This document shows positions 33,877 to 44,359 of a stretch of DNA of 64,000 nucleotides, piece by piece (the stretch's first letter is position 1; each line of letters begins with the position of its first letter). The stretch is taken from positions 34,100-98,099 of the forward strand of contig DIWL01000080.1 in NCBI GenBank assembly GCA_002428455.1, in the 5' to 3' direction. Below the pieces are notes generated by a model, which was given only the letters and a program-made list of their open reading frames with translations, ran no database searches and had not been told where the DNA came from. Position numbers and translations under genes: made by a program. The DNA is from Anaerolineaceae bacterium UBA6107 (GTDB lineage Bacteria > Chloroflexota > Anaerolineae > Anaerolineales > Anaerolineaceae).

Positions 33877-35673
33877 TTATACGCCCCAATAAATTCGGAT
33901 GAGCAGGATGATGAGGGCAAAGGCGATGATGGTCAAAGGCAGTCCGACTTTCGCATAGTCTTTAAATGTGTAACCGCCAGGACTCATGACCATAATATTT
34001 ACAGGATGCCCAAGTGGGGTTAAGAAGGCGAGGGAGCAACCCATGGCAACCGCCATCGCAAACGGTCTTGCGTCGAGTCCAAGGGTCTGCGCAGCAGTCA
34101 GCGCGAGCGGAATCATCACGATGGCGGATACCTGCCCGCTCATGAGAAGGGTGAGCAGCATCGAGATTGCGAGAAAAAGTGTAATCAGGAGGATCGGTTG
34201 TATTGGTCCCAGTAAACCCAGCATGGATGAAACGGCTTTTTCAGCAAGACCGCTGGATTGCAGCGCGATGCTGAGTGGCCATAATCCGGCGATCAGGAAA
34301 ATTGCTTTCCACTCTATTCCACGGAAGGCATCGTTCAGGCTCATACTGCCTGTGAGGATAAGGAGAATCGCTCCGCCAATGGCAACCAGCGCGACCGGCA
34401 GGTAGCCGATGGCGGCGACCAGCAGCGTGGCAAGGGTGATGATAAGGGTGATCAGACCTTTGCGTGGCAACAAAACGGCATCAGGGTCTTCTTCCAGGAC
34501 AACCAGATCTTCATTGTTGCGTAAGTTGCGGATCTGCAAGGCATGGCCTGTGACGAGTAAAGCGTCTCCAAACTGCAGGGGCAGGTCAGCGTGGTCAATG
34601 TCCACCGGTTTTCCACTTCGCCAAATGCCGATCACACTTAGTCCATAACGGTCGCGAAAATTGATCTCGCGGATCGATTTTCCGATCAGGCGGGAATGCG
34701 GACTGACAAGAATTTCGGCAAGGGGATGCGATTCATCTGTTACCTTTAGTTCAGGGATGCTGACAGGTTCGACCTGCAATCGATTGGTTTCTGCCGCCTC
34801 GGGGAAGATTTGACCACGGGCGATGAGAACATCGCCGGGAAGTACAGGGAAATTGGGTTCCGGAGAGAAAATGGTTTCCTTGCCGCGTAGTACTGCAAGG
34901 AGGTTCAGGTGAAGATTTTTGGACCAGCAGCCTTCTGCGATCGATTTATTTGCCAATGGAGAATCGGAAAGAACTTCCAGCTGCACAATATTTTTTCTGA
35001 CCTGGTAAAGTTCGCTCAACCGCTCGGTTAATTCACGCTTGCCATCAATGTTGTCGGTTTTGCTACCTGATGGCAGCAGACGGATGCCGACCAGGGATAG
35101 GAACACAATTCCCGCGATCATTACAGGCCCGCCCACTGGAAAATAATCCAACAGTCCAAATGAAGGCAGACCGGCTTCGCGCAGCGCTCCACTGACAATT
35201 ATGTTGGAAGTCGTAAGAAGTGTGGCCATTCCGCCAAGTATGGTGCCAAATGCAAGCGGCATGAGCAAACGCGTTGGGGAAACGCGGCTGCGGCGGGAGA
35301 GGGACATCACGGCTGGTAGGAGTACTCCGACAGCCGCGATATTGTTCATGAACAGAGAGAGAATTGCGGAGATGGAGGTCACCATCAATACAAGGCGGGT
35401 CTCACTACCTGCACCCAGCTTTAGCATGATCCTGCCAAGAGAGTTGGTTGCTCCGGTCATCTGCAATGCAACGGATATCATTGAGATGCCAAGGATCGTC
35501 ATCACTGCCGAACTGCTAAAACCTGAAAAGGCTTCCTGTGAGGAGATCACGCCGCTCAAACCCAGTGTCACCATTACCATCAACGCGACCAGATCCGCTC
35601 TGAGCCGGTTTGAAACGAGGAGAACCACTGCTCCAAGAATGATGATGAGGGTGATCCATTGCTCAATCGACAT
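33877..35673 (-). CDS. SLC13/DASS-family anion permease with two central TrkA-C (RCK_C) domains
   Basis: 598 aa. Two hydrophobic transporter halves flank two soluble repeats of about 70 aa each (..LANKSIAEG.., ..LIGKSIREINFRDRYGLSVIGIWR..). Confidence 0.8.
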   Translation of the reverse strand: MSIEQWITLIIILGAVVLLVSNRLRADLVALMVMVTLGLSGVISSQEAFSGFSSSAVMTILGISMISVALQMTGATNSLGRIMLKLGAGSETRLVLMVTSISAILSLFMNNIAAVGVLLPAVMSLSRRSRVSPTRLLMPLAFGTILGGMATLLTTSNIIVSGALREAGLPSFGLLDYFPVGGPVMIAGIVFLSLVGIRLLPSGSKTDNIDGKRELTERLSELYQVRKNIVQLEVLSDSPLANKSIAEGCWSKNLHLNLLAVLRGKETIFSPEPNFPVLPGDVLIARGQIFPEAAETNRLQVEPVSIPELKVTDESHPLAEILVSPHSRLIGKSIREINFRDRYGLSVIGIWRSGKPVDIDHADLPLQFGDALLVTGHALQIRNLRNNEDLVVLEEDPDAVLLPRKGLITLIITLATLLVAAIGYLPVALVAIGGAILLILTGSMSLNDAFRGIEWKAIFLIAGLWPLSIALQSSGLAEKAVSSMLGLLGPIQPILLITLFLAISMLLTLLMSGQVSAIVMIPLALTAAQTLGLDARPFAMAVAMGCSLAFLTPLGHPVNIMVMSPGGYTFKDYAKVGLPLTIIAFALIILLIRIYWGV

Positions 35674-35823
35674 AATTCTTCCTTCTCTCCACTTATTTTA
35701 CTAGAAAGATCAGGTTGGTTTGAAATGCTTGCAGCAAAAATCCGGCTCGTTTATACTAAGGCAGCCGTTGGTTAATAGAGCGGCAGTTTTATCGAAATCA
35801 CAAAATTAAACAAGGATGACTAA

Positions 35824-37533
35824 TTGACCACACCCCCGCAACGCAGGCGCTGGCTTGTTTATCCCAAGATCGACGATCAGACCAAAAAGCAACTGGAACA
35901 TTACCCGGATTTTTTACAGCAGATTCTATTCAACAGAGGGATTCGCTCTGCAGAGGAAGCTGAAGTGTACCTGTTTGAAGATCGGATCCCCGGGGATCCT
36001 TTTCTGTTGATCGACCTTGAAAAAGCCGTTGCGCGCCTCCTCAAGGCAATCGAGGACCATGAAAAAATTGTGGTTTATGGGGATTATGATGTGGACGGGG
36101 TGACTGCCACGGTCATGATGGTCGAAGCATTGCGGTCATTTGGCGGAGAAGTGGAAGGTTACATTCCCAATCGCTTTGACGAAGGCTATGGTCTCAATAC
36201 TGAAGCCATCGAACTTCTGGCGCAGCAGGGCACCAGGATTATCCTCACCGTCGATTGCGGCATCCGGTCACCGTACGAGGCAGAACGGGCTTTAGCGCTT
36301 GGTGTTGATCTGATCATATCGGACCATCATCATCCCAAGGGAGACTTACCGCGTGCGTACGCGGTCATTTGTCCCAAGCAGGAAGGGGATCTCTACCCGG
36401 ATAAGGATCTGGCGGGTGTGGGAGTAGCATTCAAGATCCTGCAGGGATTATTTCTGCATAAAGGCATGAATGTCGAGAAAGCTGATGAGTGGCTTGACCT
36501 GGTAGCGCTGGGAACAGTGGCGGACATTGTTCCTCTCACCGGTGAAAACCGTGTGATGGTCAAGAAAGGTTTGAAACGGATTAAAACTGGCAGCCGCCTT
36601 GGTTTGAGTGCGTTAACCGGTGTGGCACAGAAGAACATTCAGCAAATTACCGCAACTGATATCGGTTTCATCCTGGGTCCGCGCCTGAACGCGGCGGGAC
36701 GGATGGAGTCTGCTCTGCAAGCCTACAATCTTTTAATCAGTCAGAATATCCTGGAAGCTGGTTATTGCGCCCAGGTTCTGGAGAACCAGAATGCAGAACG
36801 TCAGCAGGCTACTCGTAAAGCACAGGAAAAGGCCCTGTTGGAGATTGGTGATCCGGCAGCACGCAGGATCCTGTTTTCTTTCAGTGAAGAATATAGCTCA
36901 GGTATCGTTGGATTGGTGGCTTCGAAGCTGGTGGAAAATTTCTACCGACCCGCAATTATCGGGCAGATCGAGAAAAATGTGATCCGGGCATCCTGCCGCA
37001 GCATCAGCGAGTTTCACATCACGGCAGCACTGGATGAGTGCGCAGATCTGCTGGTGCGGCACGGTGGACATGCCATGGCGGCAGGTTTTACTGTTAAGCA
37101 GGAAAATGTGGATCTGCTCAAGCAACGCCTGGAGTCCATTGCAGCGCGGGAACTTGACGGGATGGACTTACGGCCGGTTGTGAAGGCTGACCTTGAGATC
37201 GAGATCAGCAAATTAAAACCGGGTTATTTCGTTGAGCTTGAAAAGTTACAGCCTACCGGCATGGGAAATCCCACACCTGTGTTTATCTCACGCGCGATAG
37301 AAGTGGATGGAATGCGGCTGATGGGGAAGGACGGAAACCACATCAGTTTCAATATTCGCAATAGCCCGATCAGTCGGGCGGTGGCTTTCAACCAGGCGCA
37401 ATGGTTTGACAGATGGAAGGAAGAAAAACCGCGCTTTGATATTGCATATACGATCGATATCAATCACTATATGGGTAAAGACACCCAGCAGATCAATATC
37501 AGAGACATGAAGATTTCTGCAGCCATTGTTTAA
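35824..37533 (+). CDS. recJ: single-stranded-DNA-specific exonuclease RecJ
   Basis: 569 aa, TTG start. DHH-family motifs VYGDYDVDGVTA, DCG, SDHH, and the DHHA1 GGHAMAAG. Confidence 0.9.
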   Translation: MTTPPQRRRWLVYPKIDDQTKKQLEHYPDFLQQILFNRGIRSAEEAEVYLFEDRIPGDPFLLIDLEKAVARLLKAIEDHEKIVVYGDYDVDGVTATVMMVEALRSFGGEVEGYIPNRFDEGYGLNTEAIELLAQQGTRIILTVDCGIRSPYEAERALALGVDLIISDHHHPKGDLPRAYAVICPKQEGDLYPDKDLAGVGVAFKILQGLFLHKGMNVEKADEWLDLVALGTVADIVPLTGENRVMVKKGLKRIKTGSRLGLSALTGVAQKNIQQITATDIGFILGPRLNAAGRMESALQAYNLLISQNILEAGYCAQVLENQNAERQQATRKAQEKALLEIGDPAARRILFSFSEEYSSGIVGLVASKLVENFYRPAIIGQIEKNVIRASCRSISEFHITAALDECADLLVRHGGHAMAAGFTVKQENVDLLKQRLESIAARELDGMDLRPVVKADLEIEISKLKPGYFVELEKLQPTGMGNPTPVFISRAIEVDGMRLMGKDGNHISFNIRNSPISRAVAFNQAQWFDRWKEEKPRFDIAYTIDINHYMGKDTQQINIRDMKISAAIV

Positions 37534-37539
37534 GGAAAA

Positions 37540-38439
37540 ATGAGACCACCCAATCGGCTAAAAGCCATTCTCGTATCACTGCTGGTGGTGGTCATTTGGT
37601 CCAGTTCCTGGGTGCTCATCAAAATTGGTTTGCGGGAGATTCCCGCGCTCACCTTTGCGGGATTGCGCTATTTCATGGCTTTCCTGGTGCTGCTTCCGTT
37701 CCTCTTACAGCGACAGGTAAAACAACAGATCAGGGAGTTCAGCCGGGGTGATTGGAAGCTGGTCATCCTATTGGGGCTAATATCGTATTTTATTGCGCAG
37801 GGTGCGCAATTCCTGAGCCTGGATTATCTGCCGGCCACCACACTCAGCCTGATGCTTAACCTGACCTCGGTGTTTGTGACTTTTTCTGCCATCTTCCTGA
37901 TCAAAGAAGTGCCAACCCCTATACAAATCATTGGGCTGGTGATCAACCTAATCGGAATTTTCATCTTTTTCTTCCCGGAAGGTTTTTCGGGTTATTCACC
38001 ATTAGGATTCATCTTTGGCATTATCTGCCTGCTGGCAAACGGGGTTGCCACCATCCTTGGCCGCAAGCTTAATTACCAGGGAAGGTTGAATCCGATCGCT
38101 GTCACACTTGTCAGCCTGGGGATCGGTTCAACACTCATGCTCGGGATCGGCTTATTATGGCAGGGCTTGCCTCCCATAAGCGTGCAAAGCCTGGTCATCC
38201 TGCTTATTCTGGCAATTGTTAATACAGCGTTTACTTTTGTAGCGTGGAATTACACACTTCAAACGCTATCGGCTATGGAGTCATCGATCATAAATGGCAT
38301 GATGCTGGTTTTCATTACCATTTTTTCCTGGATCTTCCTGGGCGAATCCCAATCACTTAAAGGAGTGATCGGTTTATTTCTCGCATTGATTGGAGCGATA
38401 ATCGTTAATATCAGAATTGAAAGGAAAGCGCGTGGCTGA
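37540..38439 (+). CDS. EamA/DMT-superfamily transporter
   Basis: 299 aa, 10 predicted TM helices arranged as two EamA-like repeats. Confidence 0.8.
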   Translation: MRPPNRLKAILVSLLVVVIWSSSWVLIKIGLREIPALTFAGLRYFMAFLVLLPFLLQRQVKQQIREFSRGDWKLVILLGLISYFIAQGAQFLSLDYLPATTLSLMLNLTSVFVTFSAIFLIKEVPTPIQIIGLVINLIGIFIFFFPEGFSGYSPLGFIFGIICLLANGVATILGRKLNYQGRLNPIAVTLVSLGIGSTLMLGIGLLWQGLPPISVQSLVILLILAIVNTAFTFVAWNYTLQTLSAMESSIINGMMLVFITIFSWIFLGESQSLKGVIGLFLALIGAIIVNIRIERKARG

Positions 38440-38530
38440 ACAACTCAGATCAGAAATTGCAGCCGGCGTGCTATAATTTTAAAATTGTAAAGTAACTTTT
38501 TTATTTCCGTTATTATCCTGGAGGTTTTTT

Positions 38531-39871
38531 GTGACAGACGAAAGGATGAATACCCCTGCTTCCAGACCACTGGCAGGAGCTGCCAGCGTGAGCCATTTTA
38601 GCCCTCCTCCCATCAACACTATTGAAGATACTGGTCTTGAGCTGCTCTTCCTGCAGGACCTTGCCCTGAAGATCATTTACTTTCAGGGTTACATGACCGG
38701 ATACAAGATTGCTGAAGCGCTCTGCTTGCCGTTCTCAGGAATGGTGGATCAGATATTGGATGCACTCAAGCGCGAAAAATTTGTGGAGGTGAAATCCTCC
38801 CAAATGGGATTGGGCGAGGGGGCTTACCTGTATGCCATTACTGGCGCGGGTATCACACACGCCAGGGAAGCGCTCGACCGCAGTCAATACGCAGGACCTG
38901 CACCGGTACCTTTACAGGCTTATAACGATTCAGTTCGGAAACAGAGCCGCAGCAGGTTGCTGGTTACCAGCAAGCACATGAGAAGCGTAATGGGCGACCT
39001 GGTTTTCGGAGAAGAGACCTTTCACAAACTCGGTCCGGCAGTGAATTCAGGTACATCCATTTTCATCTACGGACCTCCAGGGAATGGTAAAACCAGCGTG
39101 GCGAGGGCGGTTGGTAACCTTGTCCTATCGCAGACCATGTATATACCTTACGCGATCCTAGTGGATGGACAAGTGATCACCATGTACGATTCGGTGAACC
39201 ATCTGATCGCCCCCGAGGAAACTGAGAATTCGATCAGTACGAGGCTCAAAGGCAGAAAAGACCAGCGCTGGCTGAAAATTAAACGACCTTTCATCATGGT
39301 GGGTGGAGAATTGACACTTGCCGGTCTCGACCTGGTTTTCAATGACACGTTGAAGTTCTATGAAGCGCCGTTCCAGGTGAAAGCCAATGGTGGCATTCTC
39401 CTGATCGATGATTTCGGCCGTCAACAGGTTCGCCCGCGCGATCTGCTTAACCGTTGGATTGTACCTTTGGAAAACCGTATCGATTATTTATCGTTGCACA
39501 CCGGCAGGAAGATCGAAATTCCTTTTGATGTGCTGGTCATATTCTCAACAAACCTGCCTCCAAGGGACCTGGTTGACGAAGCCTTCCTGCGGCGGTTACG
39601 TCACAAGATCGAAATTGTTGATCCAAGTTTTGATAACTATCGTGAGATCTTTAAGAAGGTTGCCGCGCAAAAAGGAGTGATCTATTCAGAGGAAGGGTTA
39701 ACGTACCTTTTACAGGAATGGTACATTAAACCTGATCGAAAATTACGCGCTTCACACCCGCGTGATCTGTGTGATCAAATCATCGATATTTCCAGGTATC
39801 TGCAGGTGGAGCCGTTGATGTCCAAGAACCTGCTAGACCGGGCAGCTTCATCTTATTTTGTGGAGTTATAG
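38531..39871 (+). CDS. AAA+ ATPase with N-terminal winged-helix-like domain
   Basis: 446 aa, GTG start behind GGAGG. Walker A GPPGNGKTS, Walker B ILLIDDFGRQ, and a MoxR/ChlI-like segment LNRWIVPLENRIDYL..VLVIFSTN. A roughly 60-aa insertion lies between Walker A and Walker B. Confidence 0.7.
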   Translation: MTDERMNTPASRPLAGAASVSHFSPPPINTIEDTGLELLFLQDLALKIIYFQGYMTGYKIAEALCLPFSGMVDQILDALKREKFVEVKSSQMGLGEGAYLYAITGAGITHAREALDRSQYAGPAPVPLQAYNDSVRKQSRSRLLVTSKHMRSVMGDLVFGEETFHKLGPAVNSGTSIFIYGPPGNGKTSVARAVGNLVLSQTMYIPYAILVDGQVITMYDSVNHLIAPEETENSISTRLKGRKDQRWLKIKRPFIMVGGELTLAGLDLVFNDTLKFYEAPFQVKANGGILLIDDFGRQQVRPRDLLNRWIVPLENRIDYLSLHTGRKIEIPFDVLVIFSTNLPPRDLVDEAFLRRLRHKIEIVDPSFDNYREIFKKVAAQKGVIYSEEGLTYLLQEWYIKPDRKLRASHPRDLCDQIIDISRYLQVEPLMSKNLLDRAASSYFVEL

Positions 39872-39873
39872 GC

Positions 39874-40623
39874 GTGCTTGAATCATTTCTCAGACCAATG
39901 ATATTTGCGCACCGTGGTGCATGCAAATATGCCCCTGAGAATACACTGGCTTCTTTTGACCTAGCTGTAAAACAGGGCGCGGATGCAATTGAACTTGATG
40001 TCAAACTCAGCTTGGACGAGCAAGTGGTGGTTATCCACGACCAGACTGTCGAGCGCACAACTGATGGAAAAGGTAAAGTCAATCAGCTAACCCTTCGGGA
40101 ACTTAAAGAATTGGATGCAGGGAGTTTCTTTGACGAAAAATTCCGCGGCGAAAAAATTCCGACGCTGGATGAAGTATTCGAAACTGTGGGTAAACGCATC
40201 TTTATAAACGTCGAATTGACAAATTATGCCTCACGCCGCGATCAACTTGTTGCGCAAGTTGCGGAGATTGTCAGGCGGCATGGATTGCAGAAGAGCATTC
40301 TGTTCTCTTCTTTTGCGCCTATCAACTTGCGACGCATGAAAGAGCTATTGCCAGAGGTGCCAGTGGGTTTATTGGCACTGGATGGTCTGCTTGGTGCCCT
40401 GAACAGGTCATCTTTGTTCCTATCACTCTCACCTGCGATCATTCATCCGTATCTCAAAGATGTCGATGCGGAGTTAATGGCTCGCGAACAACTTCGCGGA
40501 AGGCGTGTGCACGTCTGGACGGTTAATGTCGAGGTTGATATGAGGCGGCTGCAGGACCTAGGCGTGGACGGTGTTTTCACCGATGATCCGATCACGGCAT
40601 TGCGAGTACTGAGGGGAAAATGA
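39874..40623 (+). CDS. glycerophosphodiester phosphodiesterase
   Basis: 249 aa. FAHRGA..ENTLASF..GADAIELDVKLSLDEQVVVIHD GDPD signature. Confidence 0.85.
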   Translation: MLESFLRPMIFAHRGACKYAPENTLASFDLAVKQGADAIELDVKLSLDEQVVVIHDQTVERTTDGKGKVNQLTLRELKELDAGSFFDEKFRGEKIPTLDEVFETVGKRIFINVELTNYASRRDQLVAQVAEIVRRHGLQKSILFSSFAPINLRRMKELLPEVPVGLLALDGLLGALNRSSLFLSLSPAIIHPYLKDVDAELMAREQLRGRRVHVWTVNVEVDMRRLQDLGVDGVFTDDPITALRVLRGK

Positions 40624-41564
40624 TCCCGGCAGAATGGGTGGAGGCTGCCAGCCGCAGAATGGCCGGGCAGATCACACACACACCCATTACTTTTGATGAA
40701 AATCTCGACCTCCATTACAAGTGGGAAAACCAGCAGGTAACCGGCTCCTTCAAAATTCGCGGTGCTTTAAATAAGGTTCTGTTTCTCACGCCTGAAGAAC
40801 GGGCATATGGGTTGGTTACTTCCTCAGCGGGAAATCATGGGCAGGGTGTGGCTGTGGCAGCCCGCCAGACCAAAACCAAATGCGTGGTATATGCCTCTGA
40901 CCATGCCGCACCGGTCAAACTTGATGCGATGCGCAAGCTGGGAGCAGAAGTTCGCCTGGTCAATGGCGGCTACGTAGAAGCTGAAAAAGCCGCCATTGTT
41001 TGCGCTGGTGAGACCGGTATGACTTTCATTTCGCCCTACAACGATCCTGACGTAATTGCCGGTCAGGGAACGATTGGGTTGGAGATACGGGACTGGATAC
41101 GGACTGAGAGTGATGCGTCCTGTTTACTCATACCAGTTGGCGGAGGTGGATTGATCTCCGGAGTGGCATCCTATTTGCGAGCCTTCGACAGGAATGTCAG
41201 GATTATCGGTGTGCAATCCGAAGCTTCACCCTTTGCTCATCAACTTTTCCGTACAGGCAGTCAGAATGGTGTGGTCGAGGTGGATAGTATTGCTGACGGT
41301 TTGGCGGGTGAGATCGACCACGCATCCATCACCATACCGCTCATGCTGGAATACGTGGATGATATTGTGCTGGTAACAGAAGACGAAATCAGGGAGGCTA
41401 TCCGCTATGCCTGGCAAACCCACCAGCAAATTATTGAAGGATCAGCTGCGGTAGGTCTGGCTGCCCGACTTGCTGGTAAAATAAATCTGTCACCGGTGTT
41501 GACGATCATCACGGGTGGGAACATACAGCCCGAATTGTTCAACACGATCATACGCCGAAATTAG
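40620..41564 (+). CDS. threonine/serine dehydratase-like PLP enzyme (no ACT domain)
   Basis: 314 aa. PLP-lysine motif TGSFKIRGALNK, SAGNHGQG, and GGGGLISG loop. Start overlaps the upstream stop (ATGA). Confidence 0.8.
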   Translation: MIPAEWVEAASRRMAGQITHTPITFDENLDLHYKWENQQVTGSFKIRGALNKVLFLTPEERAYGLVTSSAGNHGQGVAVAARQTKTKCVVYASDHAAPVKLDAMRKLGAEVRLVNGGYVEAEKAAIVCAGETGMTFISPYNDPDVIAGQGTIGLEIRDWIRTESDASCLLIPVGGGGLISGVASYLRAFDRNVRIIGVQSEASPFAHQLFRTGSQNGVVEVDSIADGLAGEIDHASITIPLMLEYVDDIVLVTEDEIREAIRYAWQTHQQIIEGSAAVGLAARLAGKINLSPVLTIITGGNIQPELFNTIIRRN

Positions 41565-41578
41565 AACCTGGTGAGTCA

Positions 41579-44359
41579 TTGAAGAAAGCGATCCATGTAT
41601 TATTGCTATTAATTATGCTTTCTGCCATTATCCCCCCAAAGATGGCAGCCAATGTGGACGTTAAGGCGCAAGGATTTAATTACAAAGACCAGGCTTCGCG
41701 AATCTTGCAGCAAATGTCCATTGAGGAAAAGGTAGGAGAGGTCTTCCTGGTTTCGTTTAATGGTGCCAAAATTGAAGAGGGCAGCCAGATCCTGAATATG
41801 GTGGAACAGAAACACATTGGGGGTGTTGTATTGCAGCGGGACAATGACAATCTCACCGGGCCGGAAAACACTGCTGTTGCTCTCCAGGAATTGATCATCA
41901 CACTTCAGGAAACAAAAAAGCAATCCGCGACAGCCAACAACAGAACGCTTTCTTATACTCCTCTACTGATCGGGATCAGACAGGACGGTGATCTATATCC
42001 CGGTGATCAGATTCTCAACGGTGTTACGGTTTTACCCAACGCGATGACGATCGGGGCGACCTGGAACACGAATAATGCCCTGGTTGCTGGTTCGATACTG
42101 GGGGCTGACCTGAGTGCCCTCGGGGTGAACCTTTTGTTAGGCCCATCCCTTGATGTGCTGGATGTTATCCGTACAGATGGCGGAGAAGATTTGGGTACCA
42201 GTACATTTGGCGGAAATCCGTATTGGGTGGGCAAAATGGGGCAGGCATTCATCGAAGGGGTTCACAAGGGCAGCCGAAATCGCATCGCTGTGGTTGCCAC
42301 GCATTTCCCCGGCATCGGCAGTTCGGACCGTAAGCCTGAGGAAGAGATTGCTACCGTCAGGAAATCGCTGGAACAACTAAAGCAAATTGAATTAGCACCA
42401 TTCTTCACGGTAACCGACCTGGAACTGGACCAATCGCAGATCGTTGATGGCTTACTGGTTTCACACACACGCTACCAGGGCTTCCAGGGAAACATTCTTA
42501 CCTCCACCAAACCGGTTTCCTTTGATTCAAATGCGCTCGAGATGATCATGGGGCTAACGCAATTTAACCCATGGAGAGAAAATGGCGGGGTGATCATCAG
42601 TGACGATCTCAGCAGTGATGCGATAAAAAAATTTGTTGACCCGTTGGGTACGGGTTACGATGCCCGGCAGGTGGCCAGAACGGCTTTAATGGCTGGAAAT
42701 GACATGCTTTACCTGGGTAACATCATCGCCAGCGGAGACCAGGATTCGTATACAACTGTGGTCAGGACGATCGACTATTTCGTTCAAAAGTACCAGGAGG
42801 ATAGCGTTTTCCGGGTTCGCGTGGACCAGGCTGCGCTTAATATCATTGCACTAAAACTGAAGCTTTACCCGAGTTTCGATGAGGGTAGCATCCTCCCGAA
42901 TCCGGAACGTCTCAGTTCGATCGGTCAGCGCCAGGAGGAAGCTACTGACATTCTCCAGACTGCTGTGACCCTGATCAGCCCGGATTTTGAAGACCTGGGA
43001 TCTGTGTTGCCGAATCCGCCGGATTATGAAGATCGAATTGTAATCATTTCGGACCTGCTCACATATTCTCAGTGCAGCACCTGTGACACTCAATCCATAT
43101 TTCCAGCAGAGTCCATTCTCACTGCACTGATCCGATTATACGGATCCGGGGCTGGCGATCCAATCCAGAGCTCGAACCTCAATGCGTTTTCGTATGAGAG
43201 GTTGAGATTGCTGCTCGAAAGGGCTGAGGGAACCGAAGAGGTTCAGGTTACCCTCAATTCTGCCACCTGGATCATTTTTGCTTTCACTGATTTTGGAACT
43301 GAGAAATTGGACACCACCGTGTTCAGAAGGTTGTTTGATGAAAGGCCTGATCTAGTCCGCAACAAAAAGATCATTGGGTTAGCTTATAGTGAACCGTATT
43401 ATCTTGATGCGACGGATATCTCCAAGTTCTCTGCGTATTACTCTTTCTACAATAAGTTGCCGGAATCCTATGAACTCGCTGCCCGGGTGTTGCTGCAGGA
43501 GTTGATTCCGATGGGAAATTTACCGGTTTCGATGCCCGGAATTGGTTATGAGTTAACCACGCAAACTTCTCCTGATCCGGGTCAGATTATTCCATTAGTG
43601 ATCGAAGCCCCGATCGAGATCGGCACGCCTGTCAGCACACCACCGACCGGGTATAGCCAACCATTACTCTACAAGGCGGGTGACACGATCCCCGTTAAGG
43701 CTGGTGAGATCCTGGATCACAATGGTAATCCTGTTCCGGATGGAACCCGGGTTAATTTTGTAATTGATACCATGTCTACCAGCGGCAGTGTGGAGCAGCT
43801 GCAAGCTGAAACGGTGGACGGTTATGCTCGTGTGATGTACGTCATCCCAAGCATCGGCAGCCTGGAATTGCGCGTGACTGCCGATCCTGCGCTTACCTCT
43901 CAAATTCTTCGGCTGGATATCACTGATGCAGGCGGGGTTGTAACTTCATTTGAACCAACTGTTGCGGTTACAGAAGAAGCAGTACCCACTGCCACCGAGG
44001 TGCCCCCTACACCAACACCTCAAAAACCAATCGAGCAGCGCCATCAGGAAGGAAAAACAGGCTTTTCTGATTGGTTCCTGGCCAACCTGTTGATATGGGG
44101 ATTCTGTTTCATGTTCAGTTGGCTCGCGCACAGACAATTAAGCCGCAAGTGGAATTACATCACAATCCTCGCGATGGGTTTGGGAGGGTACCTGGTTTAC
44201 CTGTACCTGGCCCTGGGCTTACCGGGCTCACAGGGTTCGATAAATACGCGAGGTACTATCTACATCCTGATCAGTGTAACGATAGGGATGGTCGTTGGAC
44301 TGGCTGTTAGTCTTTTCTTCTATTGGCGGAACCGAGCCGGGAGTAGTTTATCGAAGTAG
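41579..44359 (+). CDS. large secreted/membrane-anchored glycoside hydrolase family 3 (NagZ-like N-terminal domain) protein
   Basis: 926 aa. Signal peptide, KHIGGVVL, GPSLDV and ATHFPGIGSSDR GH3 motifs, a PT linker and about 4 C-terminal TM helices. Confidence 0.75.
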   Translation: MKKAIHVLLLLIMLSAIIPPKMAANVDVKAQGFNYKDQASRILQQMSIEEKVGEVFLVSFNGAKIEEGSQILNMVEQKHIGGVVLQRDNDNLTGPENTAVALQELIITLQETKKQSATANNRTLSYTPLLIGIRQDGDLYPGDQILNGVTVLPNAMTIGATWNTNNALVAGSILGADLSALGVNLLLGPSLDVLDVIRTDGGEDLGTSTFGGNPYWVGKMGQAFIEGVHKGSRNRIAVVATHFPGIGSSDRKPEEEIATVRKSLEQLKQIELAPFFTVTDLELDQSQIVDGLLVSHTRYQGFQGNILTSTKPVSFDSNALEMIMGLTQFNPWRENGGVIISDDLSSDAIKKFVDPLGTGYDARQVARTALMAGNDMLYLGNIIASGDQDSYTTVVRTIDYFVQKYQEDSVFRVRVDQAALNIIALKLKLYPSFDEGSILPNPERLSSIGQRQEEATDILQTAVTLISPDFEDLGSVLPNPPDYEDRIVIISDLLTYSQCSTCDTQSIFPAESILTALIRLYGSGAGDPIQSSNLNAFSYERLRLLLERAEGTEEVQVTLNSATWIIFAFTDFGTEKLDTTVFRRLFDERPDLVRNKKIIGLAYSEPYYLDATDISKFSAYYSFYNKLPESYELAARVLLQELIPMGNLPVSMPGIGYELTTQTSPDPGQIIPLVIEAPIEIGTPVSTPPTGYSQPLLYKAGDTIPVKAGEILDHNGNPVPDGTRVNFVIDTMSTSGSVEQLQAETVDGYARVMYVIPSIGSLELRVTADPALTSQILRLDITDAGGVVTSFEPTVAVTEEAVPTATEVPPTPTPQKPIEQRHQEGKTGFSDWFLANLLIWGFCFMFSWLAHRQLSRKWNYITILAMGLGGYLVYLYLALGLPGSQGSINTRGTIYILISVTIGMVVGLAVSLFFYWRNRAGSSLSK

